Part shown: positions 19,007 to 29,344 of the stretch, piece by piece
How the letters are laid out: every line of letters starts with the position of its first letter
Position numbering within the stretch: position 1 is the stretch's first letter
Assembly (NCBI GenBank): GCA_913019905.1
Contig: CAJVZD010000001.1
Location: 42,176-106,175 of the forward strand
From: an uncultured Cellvibrionales bacterium
GTDB taxonomy: Bacteria; Pseudomonadota; Gammaproteobacteria; Pseudomonadales; Dasaniaceae
DNA length: 64,000 bases
Direction of reading: 5' to 3'
The notes under the pieces: model-generated
The model's input: the letters and a program-made list of their open reading frames with translations, nothing else
Databases searched by the model: none
What the model was told of the DNA's origin: nothing
Position numbers and translations under genes: made by a program

Positions 19007-20164
19007 TTATGCCCATACCGATTGATAGAGTGTCTCAATGTCTTTTGCATCGGGAACTTTAGGATTGTTATTGGGTGAACCCGAAGCCAAAGCTTGCTCA
19101 GCCATTGTTTCTAATCCAGAAAAATAGTCGTCTTCAGCAATCCCGAATACTTTTGGGCTCGGGACGTCCAAGTCGTGATTGAGGGCATATAATCCATCAA
19201 TCAGCAATTTTCCTGCCGTTTGATCACTATCAATTACCTGAGAAAACCCCATGGCGCGGGAACAATCAGCATAACGCTGCGTCGCTCCGGGCAATGAAAA
19301 CTCGGTCACCGCTGGCATCAACATCGCGTTGCTCATACCGTGGGGGACATGAAAAAATGCACCAATCGGACGACTCATCCCGTGTATGAGTGTTACGGAT
19401 GAATTGGAAAAGGCCATGCCGCCCTGCGTAGCCGCCAGCATCATCAATTCTCTGATTTCGCGATTGTCTGGTTCTTTACAGGCAGTCCGCAAATTTCGTG
19501 CAACAGCCGACATGGATGCTAGCGCAATGGTGTCGGTAAAAGCGGTGGCCTTTTTACTGACATAGGCTTCCATCGCATGGCATAAGGTGTCAATGCCAGT
19601 ATCGGCGGTTAGACGATAGGGCATAGTCATGGTCAGTTCAAAATCCACCAAGGCAGCAGACGGCATCAGGCCAATCCCCATACAGAGCATTTTTTCTTGC
19701 GTTTCACAGTCGGTCACAATGGTGACTCGAGTCGCTTCGGAACCAGTCCCGGCTGTCGTGGGTATCGCGATAATAGGAACGCCGCGCGGAACCGGGTTGG
19801 GCGCTTTGTAATCACGCATCTGTCCGCCATGTTGGGCCAGTACCGCAATGGCTTTCGCAGAATCAATCGAGCTACCACCGCCCAGCGCTACGACACAGTC
19901 ATAATCACCTGCACGCCATTTTGCCAGGCCCGCCGCGATAGAATCCGTCGTAGGGTCCGGCACGCAATCTGAAAACACGCCGAAATCTATCCCGGCATCT
20001 TCCAAAGACTGTGAAACACGTTCCACATACCCGCTTTGCAATATAAATGGATCGGTGATGAATAAAGGTTTTGAGACTTGTAATTCATCGAGAACTTCAG
20101 CCAATTGACGACTCGCGGCGGCGCCGACACGCATAATTTGAGGCAGGTAAATTGAAGCAGTCAT
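19007..20164 (-). CDS. Iron-containing alcohol dehydrogenase
   Basis: GGGSSIDSAK, IPTTAGTGSE, DTLCHAMEAY, HGMSR...HVPHG; likely start MTASIY at 20164. Confidence 0.92.
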   Translation of the reverse strand: MTASIYLPQIMRVGAAASRQLAEVLDELQVSKPLFITDPFILQSGYVERVSQSLEDAGIDFGVFSDCVPDPTTDSIAAGLAKWRAGDYDCVVALGGGSSIDSAKAIAVLAQHGGQMRDYKAPNPVPRGVPIIAIPTTAGTGSEATRVTIVTDCETQEKMLCMGIGLMPSAALVDFELTMTMPYRLTADTGIDTLCHAMEAYVSKKATAFTDTIALASMSAVARNLRTACKEPDNREIRELMMLAATQGGMAFSNSSVTLIHGMSRPIGAFFHVPHGMSNAMLMPAVTEFSLPGATQRYADCSRAMGFSQVIDSDQTAGKLLIDGLYALNHDLDVPSPKVFGIAEDDYFSGLETMAEQALASGSPNNNPKVPDAKDIETLYQSVWA

Positions 20165-20352
20165 ATTAAATTTCCAAGGCGAGGTCTGGGGTTCTGGACT
20201 GCCTATTGCAATGGTCTGTAGCAATAATCGGTAGCAATAAGGCAGCCTCCTGAAACTTTCTAATTTTCTCACTTACTGTATCAAAAAGGCGATTTTTAGG
20301 CGGTTAAACGACACCAGTCTGGAGTCGTCGACAACCGCCCTGCGCATAACTT

Positions 20353-21525
20353 TTAGTAACAATCCAGCGCGGCGTCAACAGCGACTCCGCTAGTGATTTT
20401 TGCACCCATTGCCGTCAGTACATTGTTTAGTGCTGTCAAACACAGCAGTACATTTTTCTGACTGCAGGCGTGCCCCATCAAACCAATCCGCCAAGCTTTT
20501 CCTGCCAGCGCGCCCAGGCCGGCGCCAATTTCCAAATCATATTGCGCTAACAGCGCAGCGCGAACAGCCCCGTCATCGGCACCTTCAGGAATAGAAACAA
20601 GGTTCAACTGTGGCAATCGGTCTGCCTTAGCCACCAACATGTTCAGTCCCATTGCTTCTAAGCCTGCAACGAGCGCCCTATGGTGTTGTTGATGACGCTG
20701 CCAGGCATTTTCCAAGCCTTCATTTTGGAGCATCACCAATGATTCGTGCAATGCATACATGGCGTTTACAGGAGCGGTGTGGTGATAAGTTCGCTTCGCT
20801 TCGCTCCCCCAATAACCCATAACCAACTGCATATCGAGAAACCAGCTCTGCACTTTATGCTCGCGGTTATTCATCACTTCCAGTGCGCGAGGTCCAAAGG
20901 TGACAGGTGAAATTCCCGGCACACAAGAAAGACATTTTTGAGTCCCGGAATAAACTGCATCAGCGCCCCATCCGTCGACATCGACTTCAATGCCACCCAC
21001 AGAGGTTACCGCGTCGACAATACTCAGAGCACCGTTTTCAGTCGCAATTTTACACAATTGGGCGGCATCGCTGACCACACCGGTGGAGGTTTCAGCATGC
21101 ACAAAAGCTAATAGTTTTGCGTCGGGATTCTGTCTAAAAGCATCGCGTACCTTCTGCACATCGACGGCCGTACCCCACTCGTCCTGGACCATCACTGCCA
21201 TTGCTCCGCAGCGTTCGACATTCTCTTTCATACGCCCGCCAAAAACGCCATTCTGGCAGACAATGACTTTATCGCCAGGGGAGACCAAATTCACAAACGT
21301 GGCTTCCATACCGGCAGAACCCGGTGCAGACACAGGCAATGTCAATTGATTGTTCGTTTTGAACGCATATTGTAACAACGCCTTAATCTCGTCCATCAAA
21401 CCGACGAACTCGGGATCGAGATGACCGATGGTAGGACGGCCTAAAGCTTCCAGTACTTGAGGGCTCACGTCAGACGGCCCAGGGCCCATTAGGGTACGCT
21501 GCGGTGGGTGAAAACTGGTGGCCAT
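20353..21525 (-). CDS. Alanine-glyoxylate / serine-pyruvate aminotransferase (class V PLP enzyme)
   Basis: LMGPGPS, HAETSTG, DAVTS, SGTQKCLS, YHHTAP, WRIGLMG; start MATSF at 21525 with RBS GGAG. Confidence 0.92.
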   Translation of the reverse strand: MATSFHPPQRTLMGPGPSDVSPQVLEALGRPTIGHLDPEFVGLMDEIKALLQYAFKTNNQLTLPVSAPGSAGMEATFVNLVSPGDKVIVCQNGVFGGRMKENVERCGAMAVMVQDEWGTAVDVQKVRDAFRQNPDAKLLAFVHAETSTGVVSDAAQLCKIATENGALSIVDAVTSVGGIEVDVDGWGADAVYSGTQKCLSCVPGISPVTFGPRALEVMNNREHKVQSWFLDMQLVMGYWGSEAKRTYHHTAPVNAMYALHESLVMLQNEGLENAWQRHQQHHRALVAGLEAMGLNMLVAKADRLPQLNLVSIPEGADDGAVRAALLAQYDLEIGAGLGALAGKAWRIGLMGHACSQKNVLLCLTALNNVLTAMGAKITSGVAVDAALDCY

Positions 21526-21651
21526 AAAGATTCTCCTATCAAAAGGGCAAAAAAGTGGATGGCGAACATTAGCAGCTTTTCGCAAGTAGAAAAACAGCTA
21601 TTGTAAAAACCGCGTATAATTACGAATTTTTAAAGCGGTAAGTCAGAAATT

Positions 21652-22131
21652 ATGAGTAAAAACTACGCCTGTATCGGCCTTCATAATCCCAAATCTCCCG
21701 AAAATGTTGGTTCCGTTATGCGTGCTGCGGGTTGCTATGGCGTCAATTCTGTTTTCTACACGGGACGCCGTTACGATATTGCTAAACCTTTCTATACCGA
21801 CACGCAAAATTCCGTCGAGAAATTGCCGTTGATAGGTGTAGATGATTTAAAAACGATTGTTCCCTACGGCTGTGTACCCATCGCGGTGGATCTAATCAAA
21901 GGCGCGAAACCGTTACCCGACTTTAAACATCCCCCCCGTGCATTCTATATTTTCGGCCCCGAGGACGGTACTTTAAGAAAAGACATTACCAACTTTTGCA
22001 GTGAATCCATTTACATTCCCACAGACGGTTGCATGAACCTGGCGGCTACGGTTAATGTAATTCTCTACGACCGTATGGCCAAAGGCGAAGATTTCTCTTA
22101 TCACCATGACGAACTGAAGCGAAAACCCTAG
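21652..22131 (+). CDS. SpoU/TrmH family RNA methyltransferase
   Basis: NPKSPENVGSVMRAAG, FGPEDG, CMNLAATVN. Confidence 0.9.
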   Translation: MSKNYACIGLHNPKSPENVGSVMRAAGCYGVNSVFYTGRRYDIAKPFYTDTQNSVEKLPLIGVDDLKTIVPYGCVPIAVDLIKGAKPLPDFKHPPRAFYIFGPEDGTLRKDITNFCSESIYIPTDGCMNLAATVNVILYDRMAKGEDFSYHHDELKRKP

Positions 22132-22321
22132 AAACCGGTATAAGAAGATAGTCTATCGCCGGGTTGTAAATTAGGGCGCTGCAAATTAGTGCACTGCCAA
22201 TTATCGCAGCTAGAAGGGAAACTCAACCATTGAATACAAGTCAGCTTCTTACATCTTGAAATTTTAGGGATCGCTCTTTTTGGCTCTACGACAATAAAAA
22301 CTATGACAACAGCTAAAACTT

Positions 22322-23539
22322 ATGACAACAGCTAAGAACTCCTACGATTACACGATTATTGGCGGGGGAATCGTCGGGATTTCAACGGCTCTGCAACTCA
22401 AGCAGCGACAACCGCAGGCCTCGGTTATTGTGCTAGAAAAAGAATCCGCGCTGGCGACCCATCAAACAGGTCATAACAGCGGCGTTATTCACGCGGGAGT
22501 CTACTATGCACCGGGAAGTTTAAAGGCCGATTTTTGTAAACGTGGCGCGAAGGCAACGATGAAGTTTTGCGAAGATAATTCCATTGCGTACAAACAGTGC
22601 GGCAAACTGCTGGTTGCTAGCACTGACCTTGAGCTCCAGCGTATGCACGATTTACAAACGCGCTGTGTTGAAAATGGAATCGAGTGCATTCCTGTAAGCC
22701 AACAAGCCCTTCTAAAAAAGGAGCCCAATATAATCGGCCTCGGAGCTCTGGAGATACCGCAAAGTGGCATTGTCGATTATCGGGAAGTTACCCGTTGTCT
22801 AGCGCAGCATTTTGTCGCTGCTGGCGGTGTCCTTTCCTTAAATAGTCACGTGACCTCAGCCAAAGAACGGGCAAACTACATCGAAATCGAAACATCAAAC
22901 CAGGTTATACGTTCCAACTTCTTGATTTCTTGTGCGGGACTGATGGCAGACCGTCTATGTCGCATGCTAAATATTTCGACTGATTTTGCAATTGTCCCCT
23001 TTAGAGGGGAATACTACCGACTGCCAACCCAACACAAACACATCGTGAATCAACTAATATACCCTATACCCGATCCCGACATGCCTTTCTTAGGCGTTCA
23101 TCTAACATTGATGATCGATGGGAGCATCACCGTAGGCCCCAATGCTGTCATCGGATGGAAACGCGAAGGCTATAAACAGATAAATTTCAGCGTAAAAGAT
23201 ACTGCGGAAATGTTGAGTTTCCCCGGGTTTTGGCGGATGGCAGCTAATAATATCTACTCGGCTATCGGCGAGATGAAAAACAGTTTTTACAAACCCGGCT
23301 ATTTAAAACGTGTCCAAAAGTACTGCCCTGCATTGACTATCACCGACCTGTCACCGTGCCCAGCAGGTATCAGAGCACAAGCAATTATGAATGACGGCAC
23401 GATCGTTCAAGATTTTCTTTTTGCCGAATCCAGTCGTAGTTTACATGTTTGCAATGCACCCTCACCTGCCGCAACGTCAGCCCTGCCGATCGGAGAGTAC
23501 ATTGTCGAGAAAGTGTTAGAGAAAACAATTACTAGCTAA
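22322..23539 (+). CDS. lhgO: L-2-hydroxyglutarate oxidase
   Basis: IIGGGIVG, HQTGHNSGVIHAGVYY, PFRGEYY, PFLGVH, AGIRAQA, NAPSPAATS. Confidence 0.93.
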   Translation: MTTAKNSYDYTIIGGGIVGISTALQLKQRQPQASVIVLEKESALATHQTGHNSGVIHAGVYYAPGSLKADFCKRGAKATMKFCEDNSIAYKQCGKLLVASTDLELQRMHDLQTRCVENGIECIPVSQQALLKKEPNIIGLGALEIPQSGIVDYREVTRCLAQHFVAAGGVLSLNSHVTSAKERANYIEIETSNQVIRSNFLISCAGLMADRLCRMLNISTDFAIVPFRGEYYRLPTQHKHIVNQLIYPIPDPDMPFLGVHLTLMIDGSITVGPNAVIGWKREGYKQINFSVKDTAEMLSFPGFWRMAANNIYSAIGEMKNSFYKPGYLKRVQKYCPALTITDLSPCPAGIRAQAIMNDGTIVQDFLFAESSRSLHVCNAPSPAATSALPIGEYIVEKVLEKTITS

Positions 23540-23874
23540 TAGGGGCTATCAGCGGCCTCAATTCAGCCTCAGGTAGAATCAGATGGCATTTTAACGCCGT
23601 CCTAGTTCTTCCCATAATCTAGCTAACGCTTGCGGTAAATTGCCATTACATAGAAACCCGTTTCGGTTATTCGAAAGTTTTAGCGTTGTAAATGATGAAA
23701 CTTAAACACGACACGTTCTCTACCAATTCAGTCTGTTTCTTCCAACTACTTCTAATTTTTTTGGATTGAGATAATTTCTCACTGCAACAACCCTCAATTT
23801 CAACGGCGTCCCCTGAACTGGAATTAGATAGCTAGATAGCATACTATTGGCGGAAAACTAACAATGAAGAAAAC

Positions 23875-25188
23875 ATGTACCCGCAAGGCCTTTTCGGACT
23901 AAATCCTTTTCAGCTGTGGCTACCTATTTCGACTATCGTATTTACTACGTTAATCGTTACCTTGCTGCGGCGTGAAAACCAGCCACTTTGGCCTCTGCTC
24001 CTATTACAATTGAGCATAGGAATTGTCGCGTTATTGGGTGCAAAACTTTTTTCATTGGCTGTTCGGAATTGGCAATTGTACCCGAACATCATAGATGAGT
24101 TAGCTAACGGTTGGCGGTATCCAGGTATAGTCATCGCTTTTGTCTTGTTAGGACCCGTCGTCAAGAAAATGTTAGTTCCGCAATTGTCACTGTTTCGTTA
24201 CGCGGACGTCGTCGCTATTACCGCCGCTTTTCTAATGGCTAGCTTTCGAGTTAGTTGTTTTATGGCAGGCTGCTGTACCGGTGCAATATCTCAAAGCTGG
24301 CTGGCCCTCGCCTATGCACCCGCAAGCCAAGTCTGGCACCGCCACCTGCAACACGGCTTAGTTCAGGATACCAATAGTTGGACGCAACCGGTATTTCCCT
24401 TACATTTATTATTGATGGCAGCTTCACTGAGTGTTGGTATATTCCTCGTTAAATTTGATCGTCATCGCCAATACGACGGGCAGGTATTTTTATTGTACCT
24501 AATTAGCCATGAGACCCTAAAAGCGATATTGGAATCTTTTCGAACACCTTTTATCTCAAGCCTACAATCCACCTCACTGACGATTGCGGCCATGGGCGCA
24601 ATTATGCTGTTGATTATAGCTCGTACAAAATATGCAACAAATAATCCACCGTCCCTATCAATGCCAATGAGGCCGAAGCCGAGACCCAAGAAATTGCAGC
24701 AACAAGGCGGTTTTACCCTGATTGAATTGGTATCAGTGATCGTTTTGTTGGGAACACTTAGCGCAACAGCTGTACCGAAATATCTTTCTATCTCAGAAAA
24801 TGCCCACGATGCCACAGCTACGACAACATCTAGCGCACTAAAAACCGCTGTCGACCATTTACATTTGCTTTGGCTTATCCGTGGAGAAGAGGCCGTCGTC
24901 ATCGTAAAGGGAGACAACATTGCTATGAATTCGGGTGGCTGGCCCGGCCCACCCGGCACCGCAACGCCGACAGCCGCTCAGTGCGTGACCATATGGGACC
25001 AAAGTTTGGAAACCGACCAATCCGTTAGCGCGACTGCCGACGGTGCTGATTGGCTCGCGACGGGCCCCTCCGCTGGATTGTGCCGTTACCAGTATCAACG
25101 CGACGGTGGCGGCAATTACTTATTTGAATATGATCTGGCAAGCGGTGCTGTCGAGTATAATCCCCCACCCCCTGCACCTGGTTGTTAA
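23875..25188 (+). CDS. Fusion of Lgt-like (prolipoprotein diacylglyceryl transferase family) membrane domain and MSHA/type IV pilin
   Basis: N-terminal multi-TM region with GAKLF, FRVSCFMAGCCTG, DGQVFLLY...ILESFR; then KKLQQQGG|FTLIELVSVIVLLGTLSATAVPKY (F+1 codon at 24712). Confidence 0.8.
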   Translation: MYPQGLFGLNPFQLWLPISTIVFTTLIVTLLRRENQPLWPLLLLQLSIGIVALLGAKLFSLAVRNWQLYPNIIDELANGWRYPGIVIAFVLLGPVVKKMLVPQLSLFRYADVVAITAAFLMASFRVSCFMAGCCTGAISQSWLALAYAPASQVWHRHLQHGLVQDTNSWTQPVFPLHLLLMAASLSVGIFLVKFDRHRQYDGQVFLLYLISHETLKAILESFRTPFISSLQSTSLTIAAMGAIMLLIIARTKYATNNPPSLSMPMRPKPRPKKLQQQGGFTLIELVSVIVLLGTLSATAVPKYLSISENAHDATATTTSSALKTAVDHLHLLWLIRGEEAVVIVKGDNIAMNSGGWPGPPGTATPTAAQCVTIWDQSLETDQSVSATADGADWLATGPSAGLCRYQYQRDGGGNYLFEYDLASGAVEYNPPPPAPGC

Positions 25189-25460
25189 ATACTCGATAGC
25201 GAGTTTCTTTAGCCTGACCCACTAAATTTTAAGTCCTGGTATTTATTAAAGCACTTTGACCTTCGAGCTGTTGTGACGAACCTTGCTTACGCCTAGAATA
25301 TCCCTGATAAGCACTACCGAATATAATCCAATCGCCAAAAAAATTGACGCTGTAGTGGTTTTGCCCTTTTATCATGGCAGTTCAAGCATGGGAATTACAA
25401 TGGTTTCATCACGCAAACACAATTATGTAGTGGCTTTATCAGCCCGATAAATGGACATTT

Positions 25461-26231
25461 ATGAAGCTCAAAAAAACAATAAGCACGCTTTATTTTAGTC
25501 GGGAGCCAAAAGCGCTGAAATTTCAGTTCGCCCTTTTGACCTTTGATATCGTGACTATTGCGTTCTTTATCGTGTCGTCATTAATGGAACCGTCGAAAAC
25601 GATATACGCTATCGACTATTTTCTAGCGGCCATTTTAAGCCTTGATTTTGCCGCCCGCATGTATGTTTCTTCAAGATCTCTGAAATTCGCCTTTGAATTT
25701 ACCTCAATTGCTGACCTTATTGTCATTTTCTCACTCATCTCGTCAGCATTCGTAGAAAATTTCAGTTTTCTACGAGTGGTTAGAATGCTCCGACTGATGC
25801 GCTCTTATCATATCGCCAGAGAGCTGCGCGGAGCTTTTCCTTTTTTCAGAAAGAATGAAGAGATTATTCACTCCACTATTAATCTCACTGTTTTTATATT
25901 CGTAATCACCGCCATCATCTATGTTTTAGAAGTCGATAAAAACAGCAGCATTAATAACTACCTCGATGCACTCTATTTTACCGTAGCGACCCTGACCACA
26001 ACTGGCTTTGGTGACATCACTCTTTCCGATACGATCGGGCGTCTCATCGCGGTGATTATTATGGTTTTTGGGGTGGGCTTATTCTTGCGCCTGGTGCAAA
26101 CTATTTTCCGGCCCAACAAGGTCTCTTATAGCTGCACTACCTGTGGTCTGAATAGACATGAAGGCGATGCCGTACATTGCAAACACTGTGGCAGTCAGCT
26201 GAATATACCAACTGAAGGAGATTGGTCCTAA
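25461..26231 (+). CDS. Voltage-gated-type K+ channel (ion transporter) with C-terminal zinc ribbon
   Basis: S4-like FLRVVRMLRLMR, filter TTTGFGD, CTTCG...HCKHCG. Confidence 0.9.
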   Translation: MKLKKTISTLYFSREPKALKFQFALLTFDIVTIAFFIVSSLMEPSKTIYAIDYFLAAILSLDFAARMYVSSRSLKFAFEFTSIADLIVIFSLISSAFVENFSFLRVVRMLRLMRSYHIARELRGAFPFFRKNEEIIHSTINLTVFIFVITAIIYVLEVDKNSSINNYLDALYFTVATLTTTGFGDITLSDTIGRLIAVIIMVFGVGLFLRLVQTIFRPNKVSYSCTTCGLNRHEGDAVHCKHCGSQLNIPTEGDWS

Positions 26232-26396
26232 GCGCCATGAACGGGCCATGATCTACTGGACTCGATGTACGAGTAGTGAGCTCAAGAATTCAACGTTCCA
26301 GTTAGATGGGACCCACAAAATGGTAACATTTGGCAATCTGTAGCTGTTAGTAAATCACCGACTGGCGATTTGCTAAACCAGCGGAGGAGAAAGAAA

Positions 26397-27047
26397 TTGT
26401 TAAATATGGATTTTGGAAAACGGGTAGCGATCGAGACTAATTACCTTGAATGGGTAGCAAGCCCCAGAGCTGGTGTATGGCGGAAGCCACTCGCCCGCGA
26501 AGAGGCCGAGCAAGGTCATGCAACGAGCATCGTCAAATACGATCCTAATTCAAGCTTTTCTGCACATGATCATCCCAAGGGCGAGGAAATTTTAGTTCTC
26601 GACGGCGTTTTCTCAGATGAAACCGGTGACTATCCTGCAGGGAGCTATTTTAGAAACCCGGAGGGTTTCCGTCACGCGCCGTTTAGCCAAGAGGGTTGTG
26701 TCCTATTTGTAAAACTGCATCAATTTCAAGCCGACGACGCGAAAAAGGTATGCATTGATACACAATCTGCCGAGTGGTTGCCCGGTAACGGTAATCTAAA
26801 AGTTCTGCCTCTTCATGAACATAAAGATGAATCGGTTGCATTGGTGCAGTGGCCAGCTGGCGAGCGTTTTCAAACCCACATCCATCGGGGCGGTGAGGAA
26901 ATTTATGTGATTAGCGGAGAATTTATCGACGAGTCCGGTCGTTATCCAGCGGGCAGCTGGATTAGAAGCCCACAGTTGAGTCAGCATAATCCCTATGTCG
27001 AACAGGATACCTTGATTTTTGTTAAAACCGGACATTTAGGCACATAG
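26397..27047 (+). CDS. ChrR-like tandem cupin protein
   Basis: Two repeats HxHxxGEEI.V..G.F.DE.G.YPAG; likely TTG start at 26397 after GGAGGAG. Confidence 0.9.
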   Translation: MLNMDFGKRVAIETNYLEWVASPRAGVWRKPLAREEAEQGHATSIVKYDPNSSFSAHDHPKGEEILVLDGVFSDETGDYPAGSYFRNPEGFRHAPFSQEGCVLFVKLHQFQADDAKKVCIDTQSAEWLPGNGNLKVLPLHEHKDESVALVQWPAGERFQTHIHRGGEEIYVISGEFIDESGRYPAGSWIRSPQLSQHNPYVEQDTLIFVKTGHLGT

Positions 27048-27188
27048 GGCAACTCGACTGTTTACTTTCGTCATTTCTTTGGGACCGCGGGCCTGTTCGA
27101 TCGGAACCTTTTCAATCGGGTATTACCGATTAAGCTATTCTGCAATTGCCGAATTACCTAACAGCACCGCGCCTAAGCTCTCAGAACG

Positions 27189-27364
27189 TCACAATTGATC
27201 TTGCGGCTCGCCAGTCAACCCATAAAAGTGCCAGGGATGAGTATGCATTGAGGACGGTGAAGCTGTCGCCAATTCAATCGCTTCTTCAACAACACTTTTC
27301 GGAACAAGGTCCGTTTGTAGTCACATATACTACGTCGCTCATTAACTACTTCTTCAAATTCCAC
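27189..27364 (-). pseudogene. Frameshifted, truncated nitroreductase-family gene remnant
   Basis: Minus strand reads MEFEEVVNERRSICDYK, then after a 1-nt deletion DLVPKSVVEEAIELATASPSSMHTHPWHFYGLTGEPQDQL*, matching the nitroreductase RRSIR and APSxxNxQPW motifs. Confidence 0.75.
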
Positions 27365-27408
27365 GCTTAGAAATTTCCAATTAAAGGACATTAAGAGTAT
27401 CTATGATT

Positions 27409-27813
27409 CTATACTTTCGTTTCAATATTAAGCTGGCCCTCAAGGCCCGCACTGCGATGTTTTGCGCTTTCAGCATAAGCGGGGTCACTAATCATATCAA
27501 ACATAGCTTTTTTGTTAGGGTACATTACAATGGCAACCATGTCCCACAGATCTTCAACTTCGCCCAGCATTAACCGGCTTACTCGACCAGAGAATATTCC
27601 TGTACCACCCACCTTCGCTATATGTGCCTGTACTTCTGCTCCGTAGATCGCATAAGCTTCCGCACCACTCAAATCGCTATCGCGCCCATCTTCATATTCC
27701 GCTTTTTCTTTGAATTTCAGTAAATTCACCATATGAATCGGGCTATCTTCGTCTCCCTCCAAAAAACCTGCTATTTGTGCTTCACTCGGTACGACTTTAT
27801 TTTCTACTTTCAA
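27409..27813 (-). CDS. DUF1330 family protein
   Basis: PIHMVNLLKFK, SGAEAYAIYG, WDMVAIVMYP, HRSAGLEGQ; TTG start with GGAG. Confidence 0.85.
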   Translation of the reverse strand: MKVENKVVPSEAQIAGFLEGDEDSPIHMVNLLKFKEKAEYEDGRDSDLSGAEAYAIYGAEVQAHIAKVGGTGIFSGRVSRLMLGEVEDLWDMVAIVMYPNKKAMFDMISDPAYAESAKHRSAGLEGQLNIETKV

Positions 27814-28042
27814 AGTAACTCCTTTGCCTCAAATCAATGGGACATAATAGATAACTGTTTGTTAAATGATATATTAGTTTTTCTGGGCATTGTAATGGCA
27901 GATTCTAGGGCGGTAAACACCGTTTTCGACTGCGGTGAACTTAGATTTTGGAATCGTACCGGACATACCATGCTTGCTCGTGTCAATGATTCCTATTTGA
28001 TTGTTCTACCGACTTGCCAGTGGCGCTGCTCACGTGACGCCT

Positions 28043-28996
28043 TCATGGGGATCCGATTGTTTCCCAGTTCACCAACCAAGGAACGTCAGTGTATAACTTC
28101 ATCTTTTCGTTTACCGGATATATACGAGGATAATAACTGTCCCCGGTTACCGTACCCGCCCGAATATCCAACAGTGTATCTCTGAGATCGGTCAAGTCCC
28201 GGTAGCCAAGTAAAGGAATCCCGTTAGAAGCACTTCTATGCGCGGAATAAATGATTGTAGTCGCGGCGATTTTCCCTATGAGTTGTTCTGCACTGCGGAG
28301 GTAGTCTGGCAGACTCGAGCCCGGCAGGAAACCGAACAGCGGCCCTTCGTATATATAGTCACCGCTAAATAATTGCTGTTGATCCGTGTCATACAGCATA
28401 ATCGACTCCGGCGTGTGTCCCGGCGTAGATATTACCTCGAGCTGACGCTGACCTAAATCAATAAGCTGTCCGGGCGCCCACCAATGGTTTACTTCCAACG
28501 CAGGTACAGCAAAACCCTCGTTCTCGCCGAGATGTTGACTCGCACTCAGTTCTATTTTCCCTAAATGAGCTTGCTGGCGAAGCATGGGAATATCCAACAT
28601 TGCCTTGCTATTAAAACGATGATTATTTCCGGTGTGATCGTAATGCAGATGGGATGATATGACGGTTACCGGTAGCGGCGTTAGTTGTCGAACCAAGGGT
28701 TCGATATTGCGTACACCTGGACCAGAGTCAAATAGAATCGCGCTGTCGCTACCCATTATCAAATAACTGTAGTTGGCCTGCCAATAGCGCGGCTCACCTA
28801 TCGCAATCGTTCTGTCGTCAATAGACTGGACAGTGTAGTAGTCGTCTACCCATCGACCCTGTTCTTTATCCGAGGGTGGCTCCAGGTTGGGTGTACCCTC
28901 GAAAGATAACAAAAAAATAAGTAGCGGTAACCGATAAACCATAACCAACGTAGCGATGCCTACGGTCAAAATAATGAGTCCAACAAAACGCAACAA
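28043..28996 (-). CDS. Metallo-beta-lactamase fold hydrolase with N-terminal membrane anchor
   Basis: SHLHYDHTG (HxHxDH), TPGHT, FSGD, SAH. Confidence 0.9.
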   Translation of the reverse strand: MLRFVGLIILTVGIATLVMVYRLPLLIFLLSFEGTPNLEPPSDKEQGRWVDDYYTVQSIDDRTIAIGEPRYWQANYSYLIMGSDSAILFDSGPGVRNIEPLVRQLTPLPVTVISSHLHYDHTGNNHRFNSKAMLDIPMLRQQAHLGKIELSASQHLGENEGFAVPALEVNHWWAPGQLIDLGQRQLEVISTPGHTPESIMLYDTDQQQLFSGDYIYEGPLFGFLPGSSLPDYLRSAEQLIGKIAATTIIYSAHRSASNGIPLLGYRDLTDLRDTLLDIRAGTVTGDSYYPRIYPVNEKMKLYTDVPWLVNWETIGSP

Positions 28997-29344
28997 CTTT
29001 CACCTCCTGTTCAAAAGTTCAGCATAAGACAGTAGCGCGATGTTTTCCACATTCAAATAGGGTGGACTTCCGCATAATTACGGTGACCCGCAACGGCCAG
29101 CCGGGAGAAGGGTAGCCCTTAGAACAGCCTATCGACATTGGTAAACCAATGTGGTCAACTGACCATCGATGGACCAGATATTCTCGCTACGACCAGTCGC
29201 GACACCCGCGGCGAATGAGAGCGAAAAGAGCCTCAGCACGGACCGATGACGGTAAAGACACGGTAGATACCACTTCCACGTCAATACTGAATTCGGTCTC
29301 GATACTAGATAAAATAATAAATAGAAGATGGGTTTCACCAGAGT

